This document shows positions 17,154 through 27,919 of a DNA stretch of 64,000 bases, piece after piece. The stretch spans positions 5,088,001 to 5,152,000 of the forward strand of contig OZ245842.1 of assembly GCA_965228895.1 (NCBI GenBank), written 5' to 3'. Position 1 is the first letter of the stretch, and each line of letters begins with the position of its first letter. A program made the translations under genes and the position numbers. Origin of the DNA: Alphaproteobacteria bacterium (GTDB lineage Bacteria > Pseudomonadota > Alphaproteobacteria > SP197). The notes below the pieces were generated by a model. The model was not told where the DNA came from. It made no database searches and was given only the letters and a program-made list of their open reading frames with translations.

Positions 17154-19536
17154 TGTCCGGCACGATGCCTGTAGTGGGCACGCAGCTGGAAAGCAGACGC
17201 ACCATGTATGCCACATGCATCCTGACATCGTTCAAGACGGACCGGGAACTTGTCCGGAATGCGGAATGGCGTTGAAGAGTTCGGTTGCACCGCCACCACC
17301 GCCAGCGGCAGCCATTTACACCTGTCCCATGCATCCCGACGTGCGCCAAGAAGGTCCCGGCACCTGTCCTGATTGCGGCATGGCGCTGGAGCCGGAGGCA
17401 CCGGTCACCGCGACGGTGACCCGTTACACCTGTCCGATGCATCCAGAGATCATCCGCGATGGGCCCGGCGACTGTCCGATCTGCGGCATGGCGCTGGAAC
17501 CGATGGCGGTCACCGCCGAACAGCCGCCCAATCCGGAGCTGATCGACTTCACCCGCCGTTTCTGGATCGGCCTGGTGCTTGGCCTGCCTGTGCTCCTGCT
17601 GGAGATGGCGGCCCATGTCGGCATGCCGGTCCACGACGTGATTGACGCGCGCACGTCCCAGTGGGTCCAGGGCGTGTTGGCGACACCGGTCGTCCTGTGG
17701 TGCGGCCTGCCGTTCTTCCAGCGCGGCTGGCGGTCGATCGTGACCCGGCGTCTCAACATGTTCACGCTGATCGCGATCGGCACCGGCGCGGCCTATGCCT
17801 ACAGCGTCTTCGCGCTGCTTTTCCCGAATGCCTTTCCGTCGGAATTTCAGACATCGGGCGGCACCGTGCCCGTCTATTTCGAAGCCGCCGCCGTCATCAT
17901 CGTGCTGATCCTGTTGGGTCAGGTGCTGGAGCTGAGGGCGCGCGAGCGGACCGGCAACGCGTTGCGCAGTCTGCTTGATCTCGCGCCGCGCACGGCACGG
18001 CGTCTGGTCGATGGCGGTGATGATGAAGAAGTGCCGCTGGACCAGGTCGTGGCCGGCGACCTGTTGCGTGTTCGGCCGGGCGAGAAGGTGCCGGTCGACG
18101 GCGAAGTCACCGATGGCCGCAGCAACGTCGATGAGTCCATGGTGACCGGCGAGCCTGTGCCGGTGACGAAGCAGGCCGGCGACCTTGTCATCGGCGGTAC
18201 GGTCAACGGCGAAGGCGGGTTTGTCATGCGCGCTACCGGCGTCGGATCCGACACCATGCTGGCGCAGATCGTCACCATGGTTGCCAAGGCGCAACGCAGC
18301 CGTGCGCCGATCCAGGGTGCTGCCGACAAGGTCGCCGGCATCTTTGTGCCGGGCGTCGTCGCCATCGCGGCGATCGCATTCGTTGCCTGGATGATCTGGG
18401 GTCCGGCACCCCGTTTCGACTATGCCCTGGTTGCCGCCGTCTCTGTCTTGATTATCGCGTGCCCCTGTGCGCTCGGCTTGGCGACGCCCGTCTCGATCAT
18501 GGTCGGTACGGGACGCGGCGCCCATATGGGTGTCTTGATTCGCGATGCCGAGTCCCTCGAGCGCTTCGAGAAGGTCGACACCCTGGTGGTCGACAAGACC
18601 GGTACGGTGACGGAGGGACGGCCGCAGCTGGTCTCTGTCGTCGCAGTCGGCGCGGCCGATGAGAACGAGTTGCTGCGGCTTGCCGCGAGTTTGGAGCGTG
18701 CCAGCGAACATCCTCTGGCCGCGTCGATCGTCGCGGGCGCACGCGAACGCAATCTCGCCTTGGCCGAGGCAACGAACTTCGAGTCCGTGACCGGGCAGGG
18801 TGTCACCGGCCAGGTCGATGGCCACCGCGTCGCGCTCGGTAATGTCAAGCTGCTGGACGGCCTGGGCATTGCATCGGACGCGCTGGCGACACGGGCGGCC
18901 GATGACCGCGCGCGCGGCGAGACCGTCATGCTTGTCGCCATCGACGGCGAGGCGGCCGGGCTGATCGGTGTTGCCGACCCCATCAAACAGACCAGCGCCG
19001 CCGCGCTCGATCAACTGTCAGCCATGGGAATTCGCATCGTCATGCTGACCGGCGATACGGAAGCGACCGCCAAGGCGGTCGCGGCCAAGCTGCCGATCGA
19101 CGAGGTGATCGCCGACGTGCTGCCGACCGAGAAAGGCGCGGTGATCGAACGGTTGCGCGGCGAAGGCCGGGTGGTCGCCATGGCCGGCGACGGCGTCAAC
19201 GACGCGCCGGCGCTGGCCGAGGCCGCTGTCGGTATCGCCATGGGTACCGGCGCCGATGTCGCCAAGGAAAGCGCCGGCATCACCCTGGTCAAGGGCAACC
19301 TGGATGGCATCGTACGTGCCCGCCACCTGAGCCACGCGGTGATGGCGAACATCCGTCAGAACCTGTTCTTCGCCTTTATCTATAACGGCCTGGGCGTGCC
19401 GATCGCCGCCGGTCTGCTCTATCCCTTCTTCGGCATTCTGCTGAGCCCGATGATCGCCGCGGCCGCCATGAGTCTGAGCTCGGTATCGGTCATCTCGAAC
19501 GCGTTGCGGTTGAAGACGGTCAAGCTCGACGGTTGA
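17140..19536 (+). CDS. copA: Copper-translocating P1B-type ATPase with three N-terminal CPMHP metal-binding repeats
   Basis: [30 protein letters not shown]...MSLSS copper ligands; start approximate. Confidence 0.93.
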   Translation: MTVYDVRHDACSGHAAGKQTHHVCHMHPDIVQDGPGTCPECGMALKSSVAPPPPPAAAIYTCPMHPDVRQEGPGTCPDCGMALEPEAPVTATVTRYTCPMHPEIIRDGPGDCPICGMALEPMAVTAEQPPNPELIDFTRRFWIGLVLGLPVLLLEMAAHVGMPVHDVIDARTSQWVQGVLATPVVLWCGLPFFQRGWRSIVTRRLNMFTLIAIGTGAAYAYSVFALLFPNAFPSEFQTSGGTVPVYFEAAAVIIVLILLGQVLELRARERTGNALRSLLDLAPRTARRLVDGGDDEEVPLDQVVAGDLLRVRPGEKVPVDGEVTDGRSNVDESMVTGEPVPVTKQAGDLVIGGTVNGEGGFVMRATGVGSDTMLAQIVTMVAKAQRSRAPIQGAADKVAGIFVPGVVAIAAIAFVAWMIWGPAPRFDYALVAAVSVLIIACPCALGLATPVSIMVGTGRGAHMGVLIRDAESLERFEKVDTLVVDKTGTVTEGRPQLVSVVAVGAADENELLRLAASLERASEHPLAASIVAGARERNLALAEATNFESVTGQGVTGQVDGHRVALGNVKLLDGLGIASDALATRAADDRARGETVMLVAIDGEAAGLIGVADPIKQTSAAALDQLSAMGIRIVMLTGDTEATAKAVAAKLPIDEVIADVLPTEKGAVIERLRGEGRVVAMAGDGVNDAPALAEAAVGIAMGTGADVAKESAGITLVKGNLDGIVRARHLSHAVMANIRQNLFFAFIYNGLGVPIAAGLLYPFFGILLSPMIAAAAMSLSSVSVISNALRLKTVKLDG

Positions 19537-19754
19537 AGGCGGCAACCGCCATGCTGAAGGATGTGATTCGGCAAGGCGGCTCAACCTTGCCCCGCCCCGT
19601 CCCATCGGCGCATAATCAGGCGTCCCAGAGCCGAACCATCCAGATGGCGTCGCCAAGCGATGGTATCTTGGCTGTTGATTTGCTCTAACCCATTGACGTC
19701 GTTGAGATTTGCACGGCTTGGCACGAGCCGTGATCCGATCAAGCGGAGAACATC

Positions 19755-20795
19755 ATGACCGATATCGACATTCGTCCGATCGACCACGCTTCGGCTTGGA
19801 AAGGCAGTGATTTCAAGGGCCCGGACGATTTTGCGTTCGACCTTCAGCCGCGCCACCTGGATGCCTTCAAGGCTGTGATCGCGCGGGCCAATCACGCTGG
19901 CGTTGGCCTCCAGGAGCTCGGGCCTGAGCATGTCGCCATGCCGGAAATTGAAGATGACCTTCTCTCTATCCGCGACGAACTGATGGAGGGACGCGGTCTG
20001 ATCGTTCTGCGCGGCTTCCCGGTCGAGACCATGAGCGAGGCTGATCTGGGCATTGTCTACTGGGCGATCGGCACCTATTTCGGCCGCGGCGTCGCGCAAA
20101 GCCCGATGGGTGACCGGCTGGGTTATGTCACCGATGTTTCGGAGCCGGGCAAGCGCGAGCGCGGCTATCGAAGCGCCATGGAGCTTCGCCTGCATACGGA
20201 TTCCGACGACATCGTCGGCCTGATGTGCATTCGCCAGGCCAAGAGCGGCGGCATGAGCCGGTTGACCAGCTCGGTCGCCATCCACAACGAAATCGCCGCG
20301 ACAAGGCCCGATCTGTTGCCACCCCTCTACGAAGGTTTTCACTATCACTGGTTCGGCGAACAGCCGCCCGGCGAAGGTGTCGTCACCGACTACAAGATCC
20401 CGGTGTTCTGTCGTGAAGGCGGAAAGCTGTCGTGCTGTTTCCTGCGCGAGTTCATCGACATGGGCGCCGAAGAGCTGGGCGAGCCGCTGAGCGAGCAACA
20501 GGTCGAAGCGCTCGACTACTTCGAGACCGTCGCCAATCGTGACGACATCGTCTTGACCTATCGGCTTGAGCCCGGCTGGACGTCGTTCATCAACAACTAC
20601 ACCGTCTTGCATTCGCGAACCGGTTTCGAAGACTGGCCCGAGCAGGAACGTCGCCGGCTGCTGTTCCGCTTGTGGCTGAAAGCAGACCCGCCGCGGCCGG
20701 TGCATCAGAACCTGCGCCGCTATTACGGTGACGACGGCATGCATGTCGACGGACGCGATCACACGTATTTCGAACCCGATCGCGCCAGCGCCTGA
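19755..20795 (+). CDS. TauD/TfdA family 2OG-Fe(II) dioxygenase
   Basis: LRLHTDS (HxD), VGLMCIRQAKSGG, NNYTVLHSRTGFED, RLLFRLW. Confidence 0.88.
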   Translation: MTDIDIRPIDHASAWKGSDFKGPDDFAFDLQPRHLDAFKAVIARANHAGVGLQELGPEHVAMPEIEDDLLSIRDELMEGRGLIVLRGFPVETMSEADLGIVYWAIGTYFGRGVAQSPMGDRLGYVTDVSEPGKRERGYRSAMELRLHTDSDDIVGLMCIRQAKSGGMSRLTSSVAIHNEIAATRPDLLPPLYEGFHYHWFGEQPPGEGVVTDYKIPVFCREGGKLSCCFLREFIDMGAEELGEPLSEQQVEALDYFETVANRDDIVLTYRLEPGWTSFINNYTVLHSRTGFEDWPEQERRRLLFRLWLKADPPRPVHQNLRRYYGDDGMHVDGRDHTYFEPDRASA

Positions 20796-20871
20796 TCCCC
20801 TGACCCGGTTTGCGGCATCCCCCCTCGCCGCGTCGCGTTTCACTTTTCCTATCCGCCAGCGAGGTGTGGTC

Positions 20872-22236
20872 ATGGCGATCAAGAGTATCAATCCAACGAC
20901 CGGTGAAACGCTTCAAAGTTTCAAGGAGCTGACGGCCGCCGAACTCGACGCCAAGCTGGCAAGCGCGGCCGAGGCGCAGGCCGCCTGGCGTCAAACCGAT
21001 TTCGGTGCGCGCAGCAAGCTGATGCACGATGTCGCGAGAGCACTCGAAGCGCGGCGCGACGAGTGGGCGGCCATGATGACGGCCGAGATGGGCAAGACGT
21101 TTGTTTCTGCCAAGGCCGAAGTCGACAAGTGCGCATGGGTCTGCCGCTACTACGCGGAGAACGCCAGCGGCTTTTTGGCTGATCAGGTCATCGCGTCGGA
21201 TGCCAGCCGCAGCTACGTGCGCTTTCTGCCGTTGGGTGTCGTGCTGGCGGTCATGCCGTGGAACTTTCCGTTCTGGCAACTCTTCCGGTTTGCCGCGCCC
21301 GCGATCATGGCGGGCAATGCCGGCGTCCTGAAGCACGCGTCCAACGTACCGCAGAGCGCGCTCGCCATCGAGCAGGTGTTCGCCGACGCCAAGGCGCCGG
21401 AGGGTCTTTTTCAGACTCTGCTGATCGGCTCATCCAAGGTCGCGCGCGTCATCGATGACGACCGGATCGCCGCCGCGACGCTGACCGGCAGCACCGAGGC
21501 CGGTATCGCGGTCGCCGGGCGCGCCGGCGCCAACATCAAGAAGACCGTGTTGGAGCTGGGCGGCAGCGACCCCTTCATCGTCATGCCCTCGGCCAGGCTC
21601 GAAGAAGCGGTGACGACGGCGGTCAAGGCGCGCACCATCAACAACGGCCAGTCCTGTATCGCGGCTAAACGTTTCATCGTGCACAAGGACGTCTACACGA
21701 AGTTCAAGAACGAGTTCGTCAAGGCGATGAAGGCACTGAAGGTCGGCGATCCCATGGATGCGGCCACGGATATCGGCCCGCTCGCGACGCAACAGGGCGT
21801 GGACGATGTCGACAGCCAAGTGAAGGCCTCGGTGAAAGCCGGCGCCAAGGCGCTGTGCGGCGGCGCGCCGATCAAGGGCGACGGGTTTTTCTATCCGCCG
21901 ACCGTGCTCGCCGACATCCCGGAGGACGCGCCGGCGTTCGATCAGGAGGTCTTCGGCCCGGTAGCGCTGCTGCACAAGGTCAAGGATATCGACGCGGCGA
22001 TCGCACTCGCCAACGCCAGCGAGTTCGGCTTGGCATCCAGCGTCTGGACCAATGACGTGTCGGAACAGCGGCGCTTCATCGACGAACTGGAAGCCGGCTC
22101 GACCTTCGTCAACGCCATGGTCGCGTCCGATCCGCGCCTGCCCTTTGGCGGTGTCAAGAAGTCCGGCTATGGCCGCGAGCTCAGCCCCTACGGCATCCGC
22201 GAGTTCGTCAACGTCAAAACGATCTATATCGGCTGA
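20872..22236 (+). CDS. gabD: NAD(P)-dependent succinate-semialdehyde dehydrogenase (GabD1/Sad type)
   Basis: MPWNFPFWQ, LKHASNVP, LELGGSDPF, NNGQSCIAAKRF, EVFGPV, PFGGVKKSGYGREL. Confidence 0.85.
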   Translation: MAIKSINPTTGETLQSFKELTAAELDAKLASAAEAQAAWRQTDFGARSKLMHDVARALEARRDEWAAMMTAEMGKTFVSAKAEVDKCAWVCRYYAENASGFLADQVIASDASRSYVRFLPLGVVLAVMPWNFPFWQLFRFAAPAIMAGNAGVLKHASNVPQSALAIEQVFADAKAPEGLFQTLLIGSSKVARVIDDDRIAAATLTGSTEAGIAVAGRAGANIKKTVLELGGSDPFIVMPSARLEEAVTTAVKARTINNGQSCIAAKRFIVHKDVYTKFKNEFVKAMKALKVGDPMDAATDIGPLATQQGVDDVDSQVKASVKAGAKALCGGAPIKGDGFFYPPTVLADIPEDAPAFDQEVFGPVALLHKVKDIDAAIALANASEFGLASSVWTNDVSEQRRFIDELEAGSTFVNAMVASDPRLPFGGVKKSGYGRELSPYGIREFVNVKTIYIG

Positions 22237-22303
22237 CCGTCTTGCGGCCCACGGGTCCGCAGCTTAGGTTCCCCGCCCCCACCATGGCGGAGTTCCCAAA
22301 CCC

Positions 22304-22828
22304 ATGGACGACCTCCCGGTGTTCGACACCGAGCGTCTTTATCTGAGACCGCGTTCACACGACGACGTTGATGCCCTGGTCGCCATGCATGGCGATCCCG
22401 AGGTCATGCGCTATGTCGGCGACGGCAGCGTACCGAATGCTGCGGACCGACGAACGTCGGTCATCGATGGGCTGGCGGTACCGTTGCCAGCCGGGCTCGG
22501 CATCTGGAGCGTGTTTCCGCGTGACGCAAGAGACGACCTTCTGGGATCGACCTTTCTTGTGCCGTTGCCCGACACCGACCTGGTCGAAATCGGCTGGCGC
22601 TTTCACCGCGCTGCCTGGGGCCAGGGCTTTGCGACGGAAGCAGCATCGGCGGTTTTGGACTACGGGTTCGCGACACTGGGTCTCGATGAGATCGTGGCCG
22701 TTGTCTATCTGGAGAACGTGCGTTCCATCCGTGTCATGGAGAGGCTTGGGCTCAAGCCCGCCGGGACCTGCTTCGCCTATGGCAAAGACCTGCCGATCTG
22801 GCGCATGAAGCGACCTACTTGTTCTTGA
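22304..22828 (+). CDS. GNAT family N-acetyltransferase (RimJ/RimL type)
   Basis: TERLYLR, EIGWRF, WGQGFATEA, NVRSIRVMERLG. Confidence 0.88.
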   Translation: MDDLPVFDTERLYLRPRSHDDVDALVAMHGDPEVMRYVGDGSVPNAADRRTSVIDGLAVPLPAGLGIWSVFPRDARDDLLGSTFLVPLPDTDLVEIGWRFHRAAWGQGFATEAASAVLDYGFATLGLDEIVAVVYLENVRSIRVMERLGLKPAGTCFAYGKDLPIWRMKRPTCS

Positions 22829-23552
22829 AGTCCGGCTTGCGTTTGTCGTTGAAGGCGGCAAGTCCTTCTTTCAGGTCTTCGCTGGCAAAGGTGCGCTCGG
22901 TCATGTGGCGGGCGTAACCGGCCAGTTCGGTCGGGCCTTTGGGCAGGGTGCGTCCGGCAAACGCCTTCAAGGTCTCCATGACCATCGGTGCGTTGGCGGC
23001 AAGACGCGTGGCGTAATCCATGGCGGCATCCATCAGCTGATCGCCCGGCACGACGCGGTTGACGAAGCCGACCTCATAGGCGCGTTGCGCTGTCATCTTT
23101 TCGCCGACCAGCAGGAACTCCATGGCGATCTTGTGCGGGATGCGCGCCACCATGGAGGTGATGAGCCCGCCGGTGAAACCGATCTTGGCTTCGGGATAGC
23201 TGAACCACGCGTCTTCGGCGGCGACCGCGAGGTCGGCGAACTGCACGAGAACGACGCCACCGCCGACCGCAAGCCCGTTGACCGCGGCGATGATCGGCTT
23301 GTTGACCTCAATGCCGACGCCCGGCGTGTAGGGCCAGATCTCGCCGCCGTCTTTGAGATCCGCGCCGGCGGTAAAGGCGCGGCCCGCGCCGGTCAGGATA
23401 GCGACCCGGTCGTCACCGTCGTTGAAGCGATGCCAGTTCTCGACCATGGCGTCGCACACGTCCTGGTTCAGGGCGTTCAGCTTGTCCGGCCGGTTCAGCG
23501 TGATGACGGCGACCTTGTCGATGGACTCATAGAGAACGGGTTCGTCCGACAT
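22815..23552 (-). CDS. Enoyl-CoA hydratase/isomerase family protein
   Basis: ITLNRPDKLNAL, AFTAGADL, KPIIAAVNGLAVGGG, YPEAKIG. Confidence 0.9.
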   Translation of the reverse strand: MSDEPVLYESIDKVAVITLNRPDKLNALNQDVCDAMVENWHRFNDGDDRVAILTGAGRAFTAGADLKDGGEIWPYTPGVGIEVNKPIIAAVNGLAVGGGVVLVQFADLAVAAEDAWFSYPEAKIGFTGGLITSMVARIPHKIAMEFLLVGEKMTAQRAYEVGFVNRVVPGDQLMDAAMDYATRLAANAPMVMETLKAFAGRTLPKGPTELAGYARHMTERTFASEDLKEGLAAFNDKRKPDFKNK

Positions 23553-23627
23553 CACGGGCTCCGTTGTTGTGCGGTCTTGATGATAGGCCGCGGTGTCTTA
23601 GTCCGCGACCCCGCATCGTCGCGCTGC

Positions 23628-24851
23628 TCAGTGCGATCGTCTTTCGTGGAGCTTCAGGAGACCGGCGCCGGTTGCGGCTATTATCGCCAGGACGATCATC
23701 GGCAGCGGGATGAAGACGGCGGCCAGGAAACCGGCGACCAGGCCGGACAGCGATTCTGCGCCGACCTGAAGCGACTGGTTGTTGCCCAGCACCTGGCCTT
23801 GTTCGTCCTCGCCGACGGCAAAGGACAGCACCGCCGTGCAAGTCGGCAGGCAGACGGCCAGAAACAAACCGGCGAAAAACAGCGTGATCCACAATGCGCT
23901 CTGGGACGACGGCACGATGATCGCGATCATCGCAGCGGCGAACAGGATCGCCGACCAGAACATCAGCGCTTGCGTGGCGAAACGTTTCATCAGCCAGGCG
24001 ATGGCGAACAGGTTGATGGCCATGACCGGGACCGCGACCCAGGCAATGAACTCCGCCAGCACCGTGACGTCCATGCCGAACTCGTCGACCAAATACATGG
24101 GGTAGCTGCGGAAGAACCCGAAGATTGCCAGATAGATGCAGAAGTTGATCAGATAGAGCATGCGCAGCCGCCGGTCCGTGACGACATTGAGCAGGTTCGT
24201 GAAGGCGCTGAACAGGCGAACGCGATCGGCCGGTTGCGCGGTCCTCGTCTCGCCAAGGCCGAAGACCGCCCACACTGTCGTCAAGGCCAGCAAAGCCAGA
24301 ACCAGCCAGAAGGGCGTCGCGTCGTTGAACCAGGAGACCAGACTGGCGTCTGCCAAATAGCCGCCGAACAGCGGTCCGATGATGTAGGCGAAGCTGATGG
24401 TGAAGAAGACGTAGCCGAAGTACTGCCCGCGTTGCTCGGGTTCCGTCACGTCGGCGATCGCGCTTTGGCTGATGGTGACATTGCCTTCGCACAGCCCGCC
24501 CAGCAGGCACGCGACCATCAAGAGCACGAGATTGTGGTTCTCCAGCGCCATCGCCAGCATGAAGTAGACGGCGACCGCCAGAACAAGCGACGTCAGCAGA
24601 ACCGGTTTGCGCCCATAGCGGTCGGAGAGGCTGCCGAGGATCGGGGCGCTGACGAACTGACCGAAGGGGTAAAGCGCCAGGAGAACGCCCAGGATGATCG
24701 TGCGTGTGCCGGTCGGCGTGCCCTTGGCGATGACGCCGCCTTCGGCCTGCATGATCATCGGCGTAAAAACCGTGATCATCAGGCTGTAGCCCAAGAAACC
24801 GATGAAAACGATGACGTAGAGCGGCAGTAGCCGCACGAGCGTGGCGCTCAT
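23628..24851 (-). CDS. MFS transporter (TetA/DHA1-like)
   Basis: 12 TM pattern, motif A GSLSDRYGRKPVL, AIADVT..EQRG. Confidence 0.9.
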   Translation of the reverse strand: MSATLVRLLPLYVIVFIGFLGYSLMITVFTPMIMQAEGGVIAKGTPTGTRTIILGVLLALYPFGQFVSAPILGSLSDRYGRKPVLLTSLVLAVAVYFMLAMALENHNLVLLMVACLLGGLCEGNVTISQSAIADVTEPEQRGQYFGYVFFTISFAYIIGPLFGGYLADASLVSWFNDATPFWLVLALLALTTVWAVFGLGETRTAQPADRVRLFSAFTNLLNVVTDRRLRMLYLINFCIYLAIFGFFRSYPMYLVDEFGMDVTVLAEFIAWVAVPVMAINLFAIAWLMKRFATQALMFWSAILFAAAMIAIIVPSSQSALWITLFFAGLFLAVCLPTCTAVLSFAVGEDEQGQVLGNNQSLQVGAESLSGLVAGFLAAVFIPLPMIVLAIIAATGAGLLKLHERRSH

Positions 24852-24967
24852 TCAATCAGCCCGGAAAAACTAACCATCTGCGCGATTCAGTGTTGTCGGG
24901 CGGTGATGGTAGTCTGCACCGCCCAAGACGGCGAGCCCGCATTGCCACGCGACAGTGGAGAACTGGA

Positions 24968-25882
24968 ATGGCTGATCTCGAACGTCTCGACGCCCGAACC
25001 GCCACGCGCAACGCCATCGCCCGCGCGCTCGATGATGCCGGCTACGTGGTCATCGAGAACATGATGACGCCAAATGATCTCGCCAACCTGCGCGGCGAAC
25101 TTGAACCCCATTTCGCGGCGACCAAAACCGGCGAGACGGGCTTTCTGGGCGGGCACACCAAACGGTTCAACAATCTCTTCATGCGCGCGCCGACGACGCG
25201 GCGGATGGTGTTGCATCCGCTGCTTCTTGCCGCCGCCGATCATCTGTTGCTGCCGTGGTGCGCGCGTTATCACGTGACGTATACAGGCGTCATGCATCTC
25301 ATGCCGGACGAGAGTGCACAGGCGCTCCACCGCGATGCCTTTTTCTATCCCTTCCGCAATCCCGGGCCCGTCACACAGCAAGGTTCGCTGTGGGCGGTGA
25401 CCGACTTCACCGCCGAGAATGGCGCGACGCGGGTCGTGCCGGGCAGCCACCGGTGGGAGGAAGAGCGCCAGCCCGAGCCGGACGAGATTATCGCTGCTGA
25501 GATGCCGGCGGGCTCGGCCTTGATCTATGCACACAACATCATTCATGGCGGCGGCGCCAACCGCACGGAACTGCCGCGCACGGCCGTCGCCCTCAACTTC
25601 TCGCTCGGCTGGCTGCGTCAGCAGGAAAACCAGTTCCTGACCCTACCGCCGGACAAGGCGAAGGACCTGCCCGAGCAGCTCCAGCGCCTGATCGGCTACG
25701 ATTTCGGTGCGCCGTTCATGGGTGCGGTCAACGGCCAGAACCCTCATGCGCTGTTGGAGGAACCGGGCGGTGAACCGGGTCTGCGCAACGATCCCGAGCT
25801 CGACCGCGCCTATCGCGAGCGCATCAACTGGCTGAAGGCCGAAGCGGTCCCGCCGCCGCCAGGCGTGTTGCCGACAGACTAA
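24968..25882 (+). CDS. Phytanoyl-CoA dioxygenase (PhyH) family protein 1
   Basis: AQALHRD (HxD), WAVTDFTAENGATRVVPGSH, HGGGAN, LGWLRQQEN. Confidence 0.9.
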   Translation: MADLERLDARTATRNAIARALDDAGYVVIENMMTPNDLANLRGELEPHFAATKTGETGFLGGHTKRFNNLFMRAPTTRRMVLHPLLLAAADHLLLPWCARYHVTYTGVMHLMPDESAQALHRDAFFYPFRNPGPVTQQGSLWAVTDFTAENGATRVVPGSHRWEEERQPEPDEIIAAEMPAGSALIYAHNIIHGGGANRTELPRTAVALNFSLGWLRQQENQFLTLPPDKAKDLPEQLQRLIGYDFGAPFMGAVNGQNPHALLEEPGGEPGLRNDPELDRAYRERINWLKAEAVPPPPGVLPTD

Positions 25883-25956
25883 GACGACGTCACATTGAGA
25901 CGGCTGGTCGACCCAGCAATGCCGTCTTAAGCTTCCAGACCTTAAGGAGGTGGCTC

Positions 25957-26880
25957 ATGGCAAAGCTCAACCGATATGATGCGGCCGCGACTTCCGCGCA
26001 GGAGGTCGCGCAAGCCATTGCTGACGACGGCTACGCGATCATATCGGGTGCGTTGGACGCGACCGGTTTGGCAGCGTTCAAGGGCGAGCTCGATCCTTTG
26101 ATCGAGGCGACGCCGTGCGGCCACGAAGACTTCATGGGCAAACACACCAAACGCTTCGGTTGCCTGATGGCGCGCTGCCCGAAATCGCACGACATGGCCC
26201 TCGACCCGCTGGTCCTGGGCGTCGTCGAGGCGGTGCTCGGCCCCTACTGTGCGAACGTTCAGATCAACTACACCGGCGTCATGCATCTGGAGCCCGGCGA
26301 AAAGGCGCAGGTTCTGCACCGCGACGCCTCGCTCTACCCGTTCCAGAACCCGGCGCCGCCGACGATCTGTGCGACCATGTGGGCGGTCAGCGACTTCACC
26401 AAAGAGAACGGCGCGACCTGTCTGGTGCCGGGCAGCCACTTATGGGAGGACGCGCGCGATCCCACACCCGACGAGATCGTCATGGCGGAAATGCCGGCGG
26501 GTTCGGTGCTGATCTATAACGGCAGCACCATCCATGCCGGTGGCGCCAACCGCTCGAATGGCGCGCGCACCGGGGCCGCCATCCAGTTCGCGCTGGGCTG
26601 GTTACGCCAGGAAGAAAACCAGTATCTCGCCATGCCGATCGAGCAGGCGCGCACGCTGCCCAAAAGACTTCAGGAACTGATGGGCTACGACCTCGGCACG
26701 GTCAACCTGGGCTTCGTCGACCACAAACATCCCAACGACATCCTGAACGGCACCGCCGGCGAGGGCCCCGGTGATCTCGGTCCGCAGGCGCTGATGGACA
26801 AGGACAACGCCATCCTGCGCATGAAAGTCAGCGACTATCGCGCGGTCGGCCGCCGCCGCTTTTCGGTCGAGGCGGAATAG
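25957..26880 (+). CDS. Phytanoyl-CoA dioxygenase (PhyH) family protein 2
   Basis: AQVLHRD, DFTKENGATCLVPGSH, HAGGAN, LGWLRQEEN; AGGAGG RBS. Confidence 0.9.
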   Translation: MAKLNRYDAAATSAQEVAQAIADDGYAIISGALDATGLAAFKGELDPLIEATPCGHEDFMGKHTKRFGCLMARCPKSHDMALDPLVLGVVEAVLGPYCANVQINYTGVMHLEPGEKAQVLHRDASLYPFQNPAPPTICATMWAVSDFTKENGATCLVPGSHLWEDARDPTPDEIVMAEMPAGSVLIYNGSTIHAGGANRSNGARTGAAIQFALGWLRQEENQYLAMPIEQARTLPKRLQELMGYDLGTVNLGFVDHKHPNDILNGTAGEGPGDLGPQALMDKDNAILRMKVSDYRAVGRRRFSVEAE

Positions 26881-26883
26881 ACG

Positions 26884-27870
26884 TCAGGCGGCGCGGCGCG
26901 GTCCGACGGCGGGCGGCAAGCGGTCGACCATGGCGCGGATGTGTTCGATGGTCGTGCCGCAGCAGCCGCCGATGATCTGCACGCCGTTCTCGACCCAGCC
27001 GCGGCAGGCCTCGGCAAAGCCTTCTTCCGACACGGTTGCGTCACGACGGTCGTCGGCGGCTTCGTAGATGATCGTCTCCGGATAGGCCATCAGGGGACCA
27101 TCCCAACGCTCGGCTAGAACATCGAGGCCGGGCTGTGTGGATTCGATGACGCTGTGCATGATGCCGTAGGCATCGCCGCCGATCGCCATAAGCGCGTCGA
27201 TGATGTTGCCGAGCGGCAGCGGATCGGGCCGCTCCATGCCTTCGATCATCTTGGTCCGTTCCTCGGTGTTCACATCCCAACCGACAACGGCGCCGTCATT
27301 GCGCACGGAGCAACTGAGGCCAACCCAGACCGGCAGGCCCGTCGCGACGGCCGCCTCCATCAGAGGACTGGCCCTCTCGATATCCATCAACATTTCCAGC
27401 AGCAGCAGATCGGCGCCGGCGTCCGCCAAGGCGCCGGCCATCTCGCGATAGTTCGCCGCCGCCTGTTCGGCTGTCGGCAGATAGCGCGGATCGGGTGTGA
27501 GCTTGCCCTCCTGCCACGCCACCATGGTGGACAGGCTGCCGGCCACCGCAACCGGCCGGTCGGCGGCGACGTTGTCGCGCGCCTCGCGCGCCAGTTCGAC
27601 GGCGCGCCGGTTTATGGCGACGGTCTCGTCACCCAGGCCCGCGGCTTCCAGCACATGGCGGCAGGTGGCGAAGGTGTTGGCGGTGATGACATCGGCGCCG
27701 GCCAGGAGGTATTCCTCATGCACCTTCCGCACGATGTCGGGGTGAGTCTTGTTGGCGACGGCGCACCAGGCCGCACCGCTCATCTCACCGCCCAGACGCG
27801 CGATTTCGGTGCCCGTCGCGCCATCCAGCACAATGATGGCACCGGATGCGATTTTGTCATCAAGGATCAT
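26884..27870 (-). CDS. Homocysteine S-methyltransferase family protein 1
   Basis: VLDGATGTE, AGADVITANTF, IIGGCCGTT; GIMH where canonical enzymes have GxNC. Confidence 0.88.
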   Translation of the reverse strand: MILDDKIASGAIIVLDGATGTEIARLGGEMSGAAWCAVANKTHPDIVRKVHEEYLLAGADVITANTFATCRHVLEAAGLGDETVAINRRAVELAREARDNVAADRPVAVAGSLSTMVAWQEGKLTPDPRYLPTAEQAAANYREMAGALADAGADLLLLEMLMDIERASPLMEAAVATGLPVWVGLSCSVRNDGAVVGWDVNTEERTKMIEGMERPDPLPLGNIIDALMAIGGDAYGIMHSVIESTQPGLDVLAERWDGPLMAYPETIIYEAADDRRDATVSEEGFAEACRGWVENGVQIIGGCCGTTIEHIRAMVDRLPPAVGPRRAA

Positions 27871-27919
27871 GGCTTGGCCTCCTTAGACTCCTGGTGTCGA
27901 CGATATGCTCGTGCCCGTG

